A stretch of DNA of 39,237 bases from Chlamydiota bacterium (lineage in GTDB: Bacteria; Chlamydiota; Chlamydiia; Chlamydiales; VGMA01): assembly GCA_016866575.1 (NCBI GenBank), contig VGMA01000002.1, positions 1-39,237 on the forward strand. Reading direction: 5' to 3'. Under the pieces are notes generated by a model, which was not told the origin of the DNA, did no database searches, and saw only the letters and a list, made by a program, of their open reading frames with translations. Shown in pieces: positions 28,928 through 38,083 of this stretch; positions within the stretch are counted from its first letter, which is position 1, and each line of letters begins with the position of its first letter. Made by a program: the position numbers and the translations under genes.

Positions 28928-30610
28928 TTACATCATGCCCATTCCACCCATGCCGCCCATGCCGCCCATTCCACCCATGCCGCCCATGCCGCCCATGTGG
29001 CCATGTCCTAGATGATCATCCCCTTTTTTATCGTCAGGTTCATCTGTGATCATCACTTCGACCGTTAAGAGCATGCTTGCGATAGACACTGCATTGCTGA
29101 TTGCTTGTCTTGTCACTTCTACAGGATCGATAACTCCTGTTTTGACAAGATCCTCATAAGTTTCAGTGAGTGCGTTGTAGCCAAAATTTCCTTCAAGGGA
29201 TGCTACTTTCTCAGCTACAACATCTCCATTTGCTCCAGCATTGAAAGCAATCGCTGTGGTTGGCGCGCGAAGAGCTTTCATCAAAATTTGCACTCCTAAA
29301 GCTTCATCTCCTGAAAGTTTTAATGCTTTTAATACTTTTTCGGCTCTAATAAGCGCAGTTCCGCCTCCTGCGACTATGCCGCTGATAGCTGCAGCTCTTG
29401 TTGCATGAAGCGCATCTTCTACTCGATCTTTGATCTCTTTCATTTCTGCTTCTGTAGGTGCACCTACTTGAATGACAGCTACTCCTCCTGACAATTTGGC
29501 TAATCGCTCTTGGAGTTTTTCTTTGTCGTAATCTGATGTTGTGTCTTGGATTTGTCTTCTGATCCCTTCGATCCTCGCTCTGATTGCGTGGCTATCTCCT
29601 CTTCCTCCGGTGATTACTGTGTCTTCTTTACTGATTGTCACCATCGTGCATGATCCTAGATGTTCAGGAGATACTTTTTCTAATTCATGCCCTGTTTCTT
29701 GAGATATTACTGTGGCACCTGTGAGTATTGCGATATCTGCGAGCATCGCTTTTTTGCGATCGCCAAAAGCTGGAGCTTTTACTGCGCAAACGTTGAGATT
29801 GCCTTTCAATTTATTTACAACAAGTGTAGTCAAAGCATCAGAATCAATATCTTCTGCAATAATCAAACAAGGTTTTTTCCCTTTTAGAGATGCAATCATT
29901 TCTAAAATAGGAACCATTTGCTGAATAGAAGAAATTTTCATATCTGTGATGAATAGATAAGCATCTTTTAGCTCTGCAGTCATTTTATCAGGATTAGTGA
30001 CAAAATAAGGCGAGAGATACCCTTTATCAAATTGCATACCTTCAACAACTTCTACAATTGTTTCAAGTCCTTTAGCTTCTTCAACAGTGATTGTGCCATC
30101 TTTACCTACTTTTTCCATGGCATCGGCAATCAAATCTCCAATTTTTTTATCGTTATTTGCTGAAATAGCACCTACTTGCGCGATTTCCTCGCGTGAGCGA
30201 ACCTGAATTGCACTTTTATCTAAATGGCAAAGAACTTCTTTAAGGGCTTTATCCATCCCTTTTTTAACCTGTACAGGATCAGCGCCAGCTTCGATATAAC
30301 GAAGACCTTCCTTATAGATTGCTTCTGTTAGCGTCACAGCTGTTGTTGTACCATCTCCTGCTTTATCGTTCGTTTTTGATGCAGCAGCGGCTACAAGCTG
30401 AGCGCCCATATTTTCAAACTTGTCTTTGAGCTTGATCTCTTTTGCAACACTTACACCATCTTTTGTCGATAAAGGAGGTCCAAATGCTTTTTCTAAAAGA
30501 ACGTTTCTACCACCTGGGCCAAGCGTTGCTTTTACTGCTCTAGCAAGCTTTTTTACACCTGAAAGGATGTGCGATCGTGCAACTTGTTGACTTGCAATTT
30601 TTTTTGCCAT
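28928..30610 (-). CDS. groEL: chaperonin GroEL (Cpn60), no adjacent groES
   Basis: [30 protein letters not shown] and VAGGGTAL, with C-terminal tail [28 protein letters not shown] 30610 (MAKKIASQQ) is preceded by AGGAG, and the ORF-track start at 30664 is an upstream extension. Confidence 0.95.
   Translation of the reverse strand: MAKKIASQQVARSHILSGVKKLARAVKATLGPGGRNVLLEKAFGPPLSTKDGVSVAKEIKLKDKFENMGAQLVAAAASKTNDKAGDGTTTAVTLTEAIYKEGLRYIEAGADPVQVKKGMDKALKEVLCHLDKSAIQVRSREEIAQVGAISANNDKKIGDLIADAMEKVGKDGTITVEEAKGLETIVEVVEGMQFDKGYLSPYFVTNPDKMTAELKDAYLFITDMKISSIQQMVPILEMIASLKGKKPCLIIAEDIDSDALTTLVVNKLKGNLNVCAVKAPAFGDRKKAMLADIAILTGATVISQETGHELEKVSPEHLGSCTMVTISKEDTVITGGRGDSHAIRARIEGIRRQIQDTTSDYDKEKLQERLAKLSGGVAVIQVGAPTEAEMKEIKDRVEDALHATRAAAISGIVAGGGTALIRAEKVLKALKLSGDEALGVQILMKALRAPTTAIAFNAGANGDVVAEKVASLEGNFGYNALTETYEDLVKTGVIDPVEVTRQAISNAVSIASMLLTVEVMITDEPDDKKGDDHLGHGHMGGMGGMGGMGGMGGMGGMGMM
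28931..28996 (-). repeat. 9-nt tandem repeats (CATGCCGCC / CATTCCACC) encoding the GGM tail of GroEL
   Basis: Read directly from the sequence. It is coding low complexity, not a CRISPR array or satellite. Confidence 0.9.
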
Positions 30611-30635
30611 TATAGTGCTCCTGTTTAGAAGAACT

Positions 30636-30664
30636 ATGCTAGTTTCATAAACCTTTTTTGTCAA
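30636..30664 (-). promoter_or_regulatory. sigma-70/66-type promoter candidate for groEL
   Basis: On the minus strand: TTGACA (30664..30659), 17-nt spacer, TAGCAT (30641..30636). It lies about 25 nt upstream of the groEL ATG. Confidence 0.4.
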
Positions 30665-30668
30665 GAAA

Positions 30669-30695
30669 TTGGCACTCTTAGCGATTAGTTGCTAA
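30669..30695 (-). promoter_or_regulatory. CIRCE-like HrcA operator upstream of groEL
   Basis: TTGGCACTC-N9-AGTTGCTAA compared with the consensus TTAGCACTC-N9-GAGTGCTAA. That is 1 and 3 mismatches per half-site with correct 9-nt spacing. It lies 59-85 nt upstream of the groEL ATG. Confidence 0.55.
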
Positions 30696-30758
30696 ATTTG
30701 TTTTTTGCCCTTGCCATATTCTAGGTCTTTATTTTCTATTAAATAAAAGGAGATTGCT

Positions 30759-32369
30759 ATGACTCACCCTACAAATTCAGGATTCAATCCCAACAAAAAT
30801 TTTACTAAAGAGATCTACGCCGACTTTAGACAAGGTATAATTGATGAACAATCCCCTGATTCTTTAAAAGATGGCATTGAATTAAAAGTAGTTATGAAAA
30901 TTCGCGAGCTTCTTAGCCATGGGCAAAAAAAAGAAGCAGCAGATCTTATGATCTCGATTACAGAAGACATTCTCGATAAAAATGAAACTGGCTACGATAA
31001 AAAACTCTTAATCAATCTTTATATGGCTGTGAACGAACTCTCTCCTTACCTTTTCACAAAGGATATGGGAGACAGAATACTCAACTATCTAATGAACAGT
31101 GAAGGTCCTGAAGCGGATAAACTCAAAGAAAGCCTCAAATGTCTAGTCAAACACGGCCTTTATGACAAAGAATGGATCACTAGATATGCCTCTAATGTAA
31201 AAACTGGCCGTTCAGTAAGCACAGCTTCAACCACTAAAATATCAAATATCGATAAAGAGCTGTCAAAAACGACGATTACCGAATCAGGCTTAGAAAGAAT
31301 CAACTCTATAAGAAATCGCTGCTTAGGAGAAAATGCTAATTTAGAGAATATCCATATTCTTGTTAACGAGCGATTTTATGAAGACTATCGCCGCCTAAAA
31401 GAAGCAAATACTGATGATGCCCAAATACAAGAGCGCTTAACCAACTCCATTGTTCAAACTCTAAAAGATCTGACACATCGTGTAGGAAAAGCTAAGGCTG
31501 CTAGATGCATGATCGAGATCCATCAAACTATCAGCAATCTAAAAAATACACGTACAAATACGTTCAATTCTGAGCTCTTACAAAAAATTATGGACCGCTT
31601 GAATAGCGAAGATTCGCCTATTACTTCCTATGATATAGGGATGAATATGATTGCAAACTTGGTAGATCCTCAAACTTCTACTGAAAAAAAAGATGCTATG
31701 AAAGAAAGACTTAAAGCTCTTGTTGTACTAGGATATTTCCCTATTGAACAGCTTCAAAAAGAAGCCTTAACCAATCGAAGCCAAGAGCTTTTTGATATGT
31801 ATAACCAATTTACTGCTAAAAGCCAATCTAGTAAAGCCCCCAGTAGAATAGCAAATTTAGAGTCTATTTTGTCTCAAAAGATTCCCAACTCTTCTTTAAA
31901 AGCCGATACCGCTTCTTCATCTTCCAATGAAAGCATCTCTTCAAGACCCTCTTCTATCGACACAAGAGAAAAAGGTCCTTTACCTATCTCAAACTTGCCA
32001 AGAGATCGTAAAGCTTCAAGCGAAGAAAAGTCCACATTAAGCGGTTTTGAAAGAGAAACTGAAAGACTGCAAAAGATCCCTTTAAATGAACTAAAAAATT
32101 TAGCGAAAAACACCTTTGATAGACTAAGTTCTTCGCAACAAACAAAAATAAGGGATGCGATCTTCTCATCTTACAAATCAAGAAACGCCGCCTTGCTCTC
32201 TTATTCCATTGGATCTGCCGCAAGGGATATAGATGAGCCTGCTTTCAGGGTTTTATACCAACGTTTAGTAGAAAAAGAAGCGGGGGTTGATTTTCAAAGA
32301 GCGTCAAACGATGACTTAAAAGAAGGAACTTCGGCATTCGCTCAAATTTTGAATATACCGCTTAGATAA
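30759..32369 (+). CDS. hypothetical 536-aa protein with Ser-rich linker; no TM segment or signal peptide
   Basis: An AAGGAG sequence lies 7 nt upstream of the ATG. There is a low-complexity Ser tract (SSLKADTASSSSNESISSRPSS). No motif recognised. Confidence 0.75.
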   Translation: MTHPTNSGFNPNKNFTKEIYADFRQGIIDEQSPDSLKDGIELKVVMKIRELLSHGQKKEAADLMISITEDILDKNETGYDKKLLINLYMAVNELSPYLFTKDMGDRILNYLMNSEGPEADKLKESLKCLVKHGLYDKEWITRYASNVKTGRSVSTASTTKISNIDKELSKTTITESGLERINSIRNRCLGENANLENIHILVNERFYEDYRRLKEANTDDAQIQERLTNSIVQTLKDLTHRVGKAKAARCMIEIHQTISNLKNTRTNTFNSELLQKIMDRLNSEDSPITSYDIGMNMIANLVDPQTSTEKKDAMKERLKALVVLGYFPIEQLQKEALTNRSQELFDMYNQFTAKSQSSKAPSRIANLESILSQKIPNSSLKADTASSSSNESISSRPSSIDTREKGPLPISNLPRDRKASSEEKSTLSGFERETERLQKIPLNELKNLAKNTFDRLSSSQQTKIRDAIFSSYKSRNAALLSYSIGSAARDIDEPAFRVLYQRLVEKEAGVDFQRASNDDLKEGTSAFAQILNIPLR

Positions 32370-32372
32370 AAC

Positions 32373-33593
32373 TTAGTTGTACTGAGAAAGAAGGTATTTT
32401 TTTCGTTTGAGAAGAAATTTTTCTTTCTCTTCTTTTTTGTACTCAATGAGTTTCCAAGAAGGGTATTTCTCTTTTTCAAGGATAGAGAGCATTTCTTTAT
32501 TGCCATTTGCTAAGCAAAACAGATTCTTTTTGGTTTTAGGCAAGTTGTTCAAAAGCTCAGAAACTTTCTCCGGATACAGACTTTTTAAAAGCCCGATGAT
32601 CAGATACTGAACCATCAAAGGTCTATACTCTTTATGATTAAGAATCTGGATTTTCACACCTTGGCAATCTTTTTCTTTGTATAGTCCATAAAAGGGTCGG
32701 TAATGGAAAGGTGAAAACCAAACTCCAGGAAGTTTTTGTGCGTTTAGTTGTTTAGCAAATTCTTCTGCAGATATCCAAGGGGCTCCAACGATCTTAAAAG
32801 GCAGTGTGTATCCTATTCCAATACTCACTAAGCCAAGTTCTCCCAAAATTCCGGTGGAGGCGCTAAAAAACGGAGTGTCAGATTCAGGCATATAAGGACT
32901 TAAAGGGATCCAGACTAAGCCTGTATCCTTGAAAATCATTTCTCGTTTCCAACCTTTCATAGCTACAACTTTCAGATTGCAACCGATGCTGTATTCGCTA
33001 TTGAAGAATTTCGCAAGCTCTCCTATCGTCATCCCGTGGCAGTAGGCTACATTTACATATCCAATAAAAGAGCGAGAATCATCTTCAAGCATTGGCCCAT
33101 CAACTAAAAGACCTCCAAGGGGGTTAGGCCGATCTAAGACAATGAGTTCTTTTTTGTGTTTTGCCGCTTCTTCCATGGCATAAAAGAGCGTGCTTGCATA
33201 AGTATAACCTCTACAACCGTTATCTTGGATGTCAAATATTAGCACATCGACTTCATCGAGCATCTGTTTTGTGGGCCGTCTTGTATCGCCATGCAGACTG
33301 TAAATGGGAATCTTCCCTTCTTGGCTTTTGACGTTTTCAAAAGCATAAGCTAAACCTGTTAGACCATGCTCTGGGGAAAAAAGGGCTTTGAGTTCAAAAC
33401 TAGACCCTTTTGTCTTCATTAGATCAACTGCTAACTTGTAGTCTCGATTGATCGCTGTATGATTTGTGATTAGACCTACTCTCTTGCCTTTTAAAAGTGC
33501 ATCGTGTCCATCGTCAAAAAAGACATCGAGGCCCACTGTAACTGGGCTTGCTAATAAGCGAGATATCGCAAGCAAGAGAAGAAAATGCTTCAT
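32373..33593 (-). CDS. DUF1343 / NamZ-like exo-beta-N-acetylmuramidase (GH171-like), secreted
   Basis: LKGKRVGLITNHTAIN, LFSPEHGLTG, DVLIFDIQDNGCRGYTY, VLDRPNPLGG and HGMTIGELAKFFN match the YbbC/NamZ family pattern from memory. ATG 33593 gives the signal peptide MKHFLLLLAISRLLASP. Confidence 0.8.
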   Translation of the reverse strand: MKHFLLLLAISRLLASPVTVGLDVFFDDGHDALLKGKRVGLITNHTAINRDYKLAVDLMKTKGSSFELKALFSPEHGLTGLAYAFENVKSQEGKIPIYSLHGDTRRPTKQMLDEVDVLIFDIQDNGCRGYTYASTLFYAMEEAAKHKKELIVLDRPNPLGGLLVDGPMLEDDSRSFIGYVNVAYCHGMTIGELAKFFNSEYSIGCNLKVVAMKGWKREMIFKDTGLVWIPLSPYMPESDTPFFSASTGILGELGLVSIGIGYTLPFKIVGAPWISAEEFAKQLNAQKLPGVWFSPFHYRPFYGLYKEKDCQGVKIQILNHKEYRPLMVQYLIIGLLKSLYPEKVSELLNNLPKTKKNLFCLANGNKEMLSILEKEKYPSWKLIEYKKEEKEKFLLKRKKYLLSQYN

Positions 33594-33621
33594 GGGAAAA
33601 TAGTAGCACAGGTATCCTCTA

Positions 33622-35667
33622 ATGTCTATGAATACCAAAGAAACACTCAATCCCAATCAGCAAGAAGCGGTCATGCACGTTGAAGGACCACTTTTGGTTC
33701 TAGCAGGCGCTGGTAGCGGTAAAACAAGAATCGTTACTAATAGAATTGTTCATCTTTTAGAGATCGGAGTGCCGGCTTCTGAAATTGTTGCTGTTACATT
33801 TACCAATAAAGCTGCTGAAGAGATGTCTCATAGGGTTCGATCGCTGACAAAGCAATCGGTACTTATCACTACATTTCACTCTTTTTCTGCAAAAATTTTA
33901 CGCGAATCGATTCAATATCTTGGATATAAGCAAAATTTTTCCATCTATGACGAGCATGATTCTTTATCTGTTTTGAAAGAAATTCTTGGGCCAAACGATC
34001 AAAAAGATTTAAAAAAAATCAAATCAGAAATCTCTGAAGCTAAAAACGCCTTGCTGCTTCCTCAAGAAATGGACAAAAAGCTTGCCAATTTTTATCAGCT
34101 TTACCAAGAAAAAATGCTCGCTTACAACGCGTTAGATTTTGATGATTTGCTTTTTTTGACCACCAAATTATTCCAAAATCACCAAGAAGTTCTTTCCTAT
34201 TACCAAAACCGCTATACCTTCCTTTTGATCGATGAGTATCAAGATACTAACGAAGCGCAGTATCTGATTGCTAAGATGCTTGCCGGAGAAAGAAAAAACA
34301 TTTTTGTGGTAGGAGATCCTGACCAGTCTATTTATTCTTGGCGAGGGGCCAATATTCGCAATATCTTGGACTTTGAAAAAGACTTCCCTGGCGCTAAAGT
34401 GATCACCTTGGATCAAAACTACCGCTCTACTAACACCATCTTGTCAAAAGCGAATAAGTTGATCGAAAAAAATGACCGCCCTTATCAAAAAAATCTCTGG
34501 AGCGCCCTTGGTGAAGGAGAAGAGGTTGTGGTAAAGTACTTTCCTTCTGATCGAGAAGAAGCAAGTTATGTCGCAAGAACGATTTTGCGCCACAAAATCC
34601 CCCTTTCAGAGGTGGCCATTTTTTATAGAACCAATGCTCAGTCCCGCTCTTTTGAAGATGCCTTGCTACGTGAAAACATCCCTTATACCATTGTTGGGGG
34701 TTTGTCGTTTTATGAAAGAAAAGAGATCAAAGATATTTTAGCTTTCTTGCGCCTTTTAGTCTCTCCTTCTGACTTTGTAGCTTTTTCAAGGATCATCAAT
34801 GTGCCAAAAAGGGGGCTTGGGCCTAAAACTTTGGATGCATTAAGACAAGCTTCTGAAGAGAGCCGCACTCCGATTCTTTATTACTGTAAAGATGTGGTAG
34901 CTTTATCTTCTTCTATCGTATCCCCAAAGCAAAGACAGTCGCTCGATGCATTTGTAGAAATTTTTGACGATCTTGCTAAACAAGCACTTCCACTTGAAGA
35001 CCTTATCAAATTCTTGATTGATAAAATTGGCTATTTTAGCTACTTGAAAGAAGATCCTGAAACATATATCGATCGAAGAGAAAACGTTGAAGAGCTCATA
35101 GCAAAAGCTGCTGAATGGGAAGGAGAAACGATCTCTCAATTTCTTGAAGAGATCTCTTTGCAATCTTCTTTGGATGAAAGCAAGTTAGACAATCAATCTG
35201 TAAGGATGATGACAGTTCACAATAGTAAAGGGCTAGAATTTTTGCTCTGCTTTGTGGTTGGGATGGAAGAGGATTTGTTTCCCCATGCAAATGCCAAACA
35301 TGATGAAGCCTCTTTACAAGAAGAAAGAAGGCTTTGCTATGTCGCAATGACAAGAGCTAGAAAACATCTATACCTTACTGCTTCGCAGTATCGCTATTTA
35401 TGGGGAACTCCTAGAGTGATGCGCCCTTCACGGTTTTTAAACGAAATTGCTGATAAGCAGATTGTTACAAAAGTAGAGGAAGAAAAAGCAGCCCCTCCTA
35501 GCGATTTTGTAGAAGGAGCCATGGTCTTACATAAAACTTTTGGCAAAGGGATTGTTCGCAAAAAAGAAGAAACTTCTATCGGACCGACTCTTGATGTCTA
35601 TTTCTACGATCTAAAAGAGATGAAGACCTTAGCGCTCAAATACGCAAAACTTTCTCTAACTGATTAA
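33622..35667 (+). CDS. uvrD: ATP-dependent DNA helicase, UvrD/PcrA/Rep family
   Basis: LNPNQQEAV, motif I AGAGSGKT, motif II LLIDEYQDTN, VGDPDQSIYSWRGA, QNYRST, MTVHNSKGLEF and YVAMTRAR. Confidence 0.95.
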   Translation: MSMNTKETLNPNQQEAVMHVEGPLLVLAGAGSGKTRIVTNRIVHLLEIGVPASEIVAVTFTNKAAEEMSHRVRSLTKQSVLITTFHSFSAKILRESIQYLGYKQNFSIYDEHDSLSVLKEILGPNDQKDLKKIKSEISEAKNALLLPQEMDKKLANFYQLYQEKMLAYNALDFDDLLFLTTKLFQNHQEVLSYYQNRYTFLLIDEYQDTNEAQYLIAKMLAGERKNIFVVGDPDQSIYSWRGANIRNILDFEKDFPGAKVITLDQNYRSTNTILSKANKLIEKNDRPYQKNLWSALGEGEEVVVKYFPSDREEASYVARTILRHKIPLSEVAIFYRTNAQSRSFEDALLRENIPYTIVGGLSFYERKEIKDILAFLRLLVSPSDFVAFSRIINVPKRGLGPKTLDALRQASEESRTPILYYCKDVVALSSSIVSPKQRQSLDAFVEIFDDLAKQALPLEDLIKFLIDKIGYFSYLKEDPETYIDRRENVEELIAKAAEWEGETISQFLEEISLQSSLDESKLDNQSVRMMTVHNSKGLEFLLCFVVGMEEDLFPHANAKHDEASLQEERRLCYVAMTRARKHLYLTASQYRYLWGTPRVMRPSRFLNEIADKQIVTKVEEEKAAPPSDFVEGAMVLHKTFGKGIVRKKEETSIGPTLDVYFYDLKEMKTLALKYAKLSLTD

Positions 35668-35691
35668 GCAAAATTTCTGTATTAAGAGGGT

Positions 35692-36765
35692 ATGAGACCC
35701 TCTTTAGACATACAGCTAAAAAACTCGATGCAACTAAGCCAAAAGATGCATCAAGCTCTTTTTGTTTTATCTCTTTCTTGTAAAGACCTTGAAGAGTATG
35801 TCGGTATCGCTCACAACTTTATAGAAGATACAAGAGCTGCTAAACGCTCTGTTTTTGAAGATATTCGAGATGTTTTCTCTTCTAAAGAAGAGGAAAAAAT
35901 GGGAGAAATCCTCTTTTTACATTTTGACAAAAACGGCTTTTGCAAAGAGCCTTTAGAAAGTATTGCTGAGCAGTTTTCTTTTCATTTTGAAGATCTCAAA
36001 AAGGCTCTTAAAAAAATCCAAGAGGCTTTCAAAAATGGGATAGGAGCCTTTTGCTTTCAAGAAGCGTTCTTGATCCAGCTTGATCGAGATTCTTTAGCTT
36101 ATGAAATCATTTCTGAGCACTATGACGATTTTTTGCATCAAAGGCATGAAACATTAGCAAAAAAGCTCAATGAGAGTGTTGATACGATCAAATTGATCAT
36201 TAAAGAAGATATTGCTACTTTGCAAATTCCTTTGATTGAGCAAGATACAAACGAAGCCCCCGTTGTCTTTTTTGATATTCTACTTTTCTATGAAGATCAG
36301 TGGATCATCGAAATCAATTCCCCTGATATTGATGAAAACCACCCTTTTTATCCGTTTTGTGAAAAAAGAAAGGCCATTTTATACGATATCACAAACTACC
36401 TTCTTGTGCATATAAGCGACTATTTATTAGGGAAAACCCCTTATCTTCCCCCGCTTTTACTAAAAGATTTAGCGAAAGTTTTAAAAATTAGCGAATCGAG
36501 CATGACAAGAGCTATAAGCAATAAATACCTGTATTGTCCTGTAGGAACTATTTTGCTTCGCGATCTTTTTTCTTTGCCAATCCAAGAAGGACTTTCCACC
36601 CAAAAAGCAAAAGCTGTGCTTCTTGAATTGCTCAAAACCAAAAGCACCTTATCTGATGCAAAATTGAGTGACCTACTTAAAGAGCAAGGGATTCAAATCG
36701 AGAGAAGAACTGTAGCAAAATATCGCAAAGAACTAGGAATATTGCCTAAAAGAATGAGAAAATAA
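35692..36765 (+). CDS. rpoN: RNA polymerase sigma-54 factor (short, 357 aa)
   Basis: Region I-like N-terminus (LQLKNSMQLSQKMHQALFVLSLSCKDLEEYV), an HTH region, and the C-terminal RpoN box ERRTVAKYRKELGI. Confidence 0.85.
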   Translation: MRPSLDIQLKNSMQLSQKMHQALFVLSLSCKDLEEYVGIAHNFIEDTRAAKRSVFEDIRDVFSSKEEEKMGEILFLHFDKNGFCKEPLESIAEQFSFHFEDLKKALKKIQEAFKNGIGAFCFQEAFLIQLDRDSLAYEIISEHYDDFLHQRHETLAKKLNESVDTIKLIIKEDIATLQIPLIEQDTNEAPVVFFDILLFYEDQWIIEINSPDIDENHPFYPFCEKRKAILYDITNYLLVHISDYLLGKTPYLPPLLLKDLAKVLKISESSMTRAISNKYLYCPVGTILLRDLFSLPIQEGLSTQKAKAVLLELLKTKSTLSDAKLSDLLKEQGIQIERRTVAKYRKELGILPKRMRK

Positions 36766-36781
36766 CTCCTTTGATTCAATC

Positions 36782-37357
36782 TCATCTATTTTTTCTATAG
36801 ATGGAAAAGATCAAAAAACTATTCGCCAAAATCAAATAGATCTGGAAAGCTGCATTTTCTATATCCCACTTATTTATAGTAGGTAATAGCAAAATTACCG
36901 CCGTAAGGCTTAATATGTAGGTAAAGCCCGTCTCTGTTTTTGGGTATCTATAGGCTTTGATAAAAGTAGGAAGTCCTGCAAAGGCATCACCTAAAACAGC
37001 GAATGCTATACCTATTTTGGCTGAATCAAAAAAAAGCCAAAGAAAAAAAGCAAAAATAGCAGATAAGCCACACCCTATATCAAAATGGTTAAGTTTCCAG
37101 TAACTTTTTGGATTCATAAACGAAGCAATAAAAACTATTAAAGGTAAAAATCCCGCAAGAAAAATACGGATGACGCTAACTAAATCTTGCCTGTTTTCTA
37201 AAGCCATAATCGATGCAATAAAAGGGAAGAAAAACCAAAGAAACCAAGAAATACGATTAGGACGAGTTTTGCCAATTAAGGTGTCTTTTACATAAGCAAA
37301 GCTTCCTATAATATTGACTAAAGCACTCAACAGCAAAAACAAATATGCGTTTGGCAT
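36782..37357 (-). CDS. hypothetical integral membrane protein (about 6 TM, 191 aa)
   Basis: Hydrophobic throughout. Last gene of a tightly packed minus-strand operon, with a 3-nt gap to the upstream gene. Confidence 0.7.
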   Translation of the reverse strand: MPNAYLFLLLSALVNIIGSFAYVKDTLIGKTRPNRISWFLWFFFPFIASIMALENRQDLVSVIRIFLAGFLPLIVFIASFMNPKSYWKLNHFDIGCGLSAIFAFFLWLFFDSAKIGIAFAVLGDAFAGLPTFIKAYRYPKTETGFTYILSLTAVILLLPTINKWDIENAAFQIYLILANSFLIFSIYRKNR

Positions 37358-37360
37358 AGA

Positions 37361-38083
37361 TCACTTTTTAGGATGAACATACAAAGCATCATCGATAAAA
37401 CGGATATGCTTTTCTGACATCTCTATTAAAGAAACTACAGAGTCTGCTTTTTTGAACACACCTGCATAATAGGTTTTGAAAGGTGAGTTGACCCAAGGGA
37501 AGTCTAGAATTGAAGCTTTTTTCAACGTCTTTTTCATAAAAGGGCGCACATTCCCTTTTCGCCAAGATGGGTACTCAACATATTGACTATACGTGAGCCA
37601 TACCTGATCGTTTGCGTAGACTTGATTGATTCTTTCTAATACGTTGTTATGTAATAGCCAATCATCATGCTCCATTTGCAAAACGATCTCATCATCTCTA
37701 CAGCTATGCACCGCATGGTAGAGACTATCGTCTTGAGCTTTTAAAATCGATATGATGTGCTCTTTACTGTAGCGATAGGCTACATGATAGATCCCTTGAA
37801 TTACTTCAAGATCATTTGAACTGTCGATCAAAATGATGCGAAAATTCTCGTAATTTTGTTCAAAAATTGAACTGAGAGTCTTTTCACTCACCTTTGATTC
37901 AACGCAAAGGATCAAAACAAATGACTTATCTACTTCGATTGGCGATTCATCTAAAAAAGCTGTAGAAAAAGTAGAAGCGATATCTTTTTTTGAACGAAGC
38001 ACCGAAAAATTTGCTACTATAAAAAGAGGCAATAAAAAAATTAAAAAAGCTAAACCTAGTTTATGTAGTGCATTCCAGTTCAT
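37361..38083 (-). CDS. membrane-anchored GT-A (family-2-like) glycosyltransferase candidate
   Basis: N-terminal TM segment (LGLAFLIFLLPLFIVANF). FVLILCVESKVSEKTLSSIFEQNYENFRIILIDSSND then follows the GT2 pattern (IPxYN...L.SI..Q.Y.N.EIIVVDDGS.D). A DxD-like MEHDDW motif is present. Divergent, so the call is tentative. Confidence 0.55.
   Translation of the reverse strand: MNWNALHKLGLAFLIFLLPLFIVANFSVLRSKKDIASTFSTAFLDESPIEVDKSFVLILCVESKVSEKTLSSIFEQNYENFRIILIDSSNDLEVIQGIYHVAYRYSKEHIISILKAQDDSLYHAVHSCRDDEIVLQMEHDDWLLHNNVLERINQVYANDQVWLTYSQYVEYPSWRKGNVRPFMKKTLKKASILDFPWVNSPFKTYYAGVFKKADSVVSLIEMSEKHIRFIDDALYVHPKK

Noticed and set aside
28919-28933. ATGTAA-AAA-TTACAT hairpin between convergent ORF 27152..28918 and groEL, considered as a possible terminator.
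   Set aside because: The stem is a 6-bp all-A/T stem (except one G-C pair) with a 3-nt loop and no flanking T-run. It overlaps the groEL stop codon and is too weak to call.
28931-28996. Short tandem DNA repeats that might suggest a CRISPR array or minisatellite.
   Set aside because: The 9-nt period is in-frame and encodes the GGM tail of GroEL. There are no spacers and no cas genes.
30611-30664. N-terminal extensions given by the ORF track: groEL to 30664, ldh to 1806, namZ-like to 33656, eno to 22995, rsgA to 21926, tsaE to 2663 and the MBL gene to 26704.
   Set aside because: The extensions start at alternative or upstream codons without a Shine-Dalgarno sequence. They overlap neighbouring genes or the tRNA, and they precede the conserved family N-termini. 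Internal ATG or GTG codons with a Shine-Dalgarno sequence fit better.
30670-30693. TGGCAC...TTGCT on the plus strand upstream of ORF 30759, which looks like a sigma-54 -24/-12 promoter (rpoN is in the window).
   Set aside because: The spacing between TGGCAC and TTGC is 13 nt instead of about 5, so the GG/GC elements are out of register. The same bases are better explained as the two half-sites of a CIRCE-like inverted repeat for groEL.
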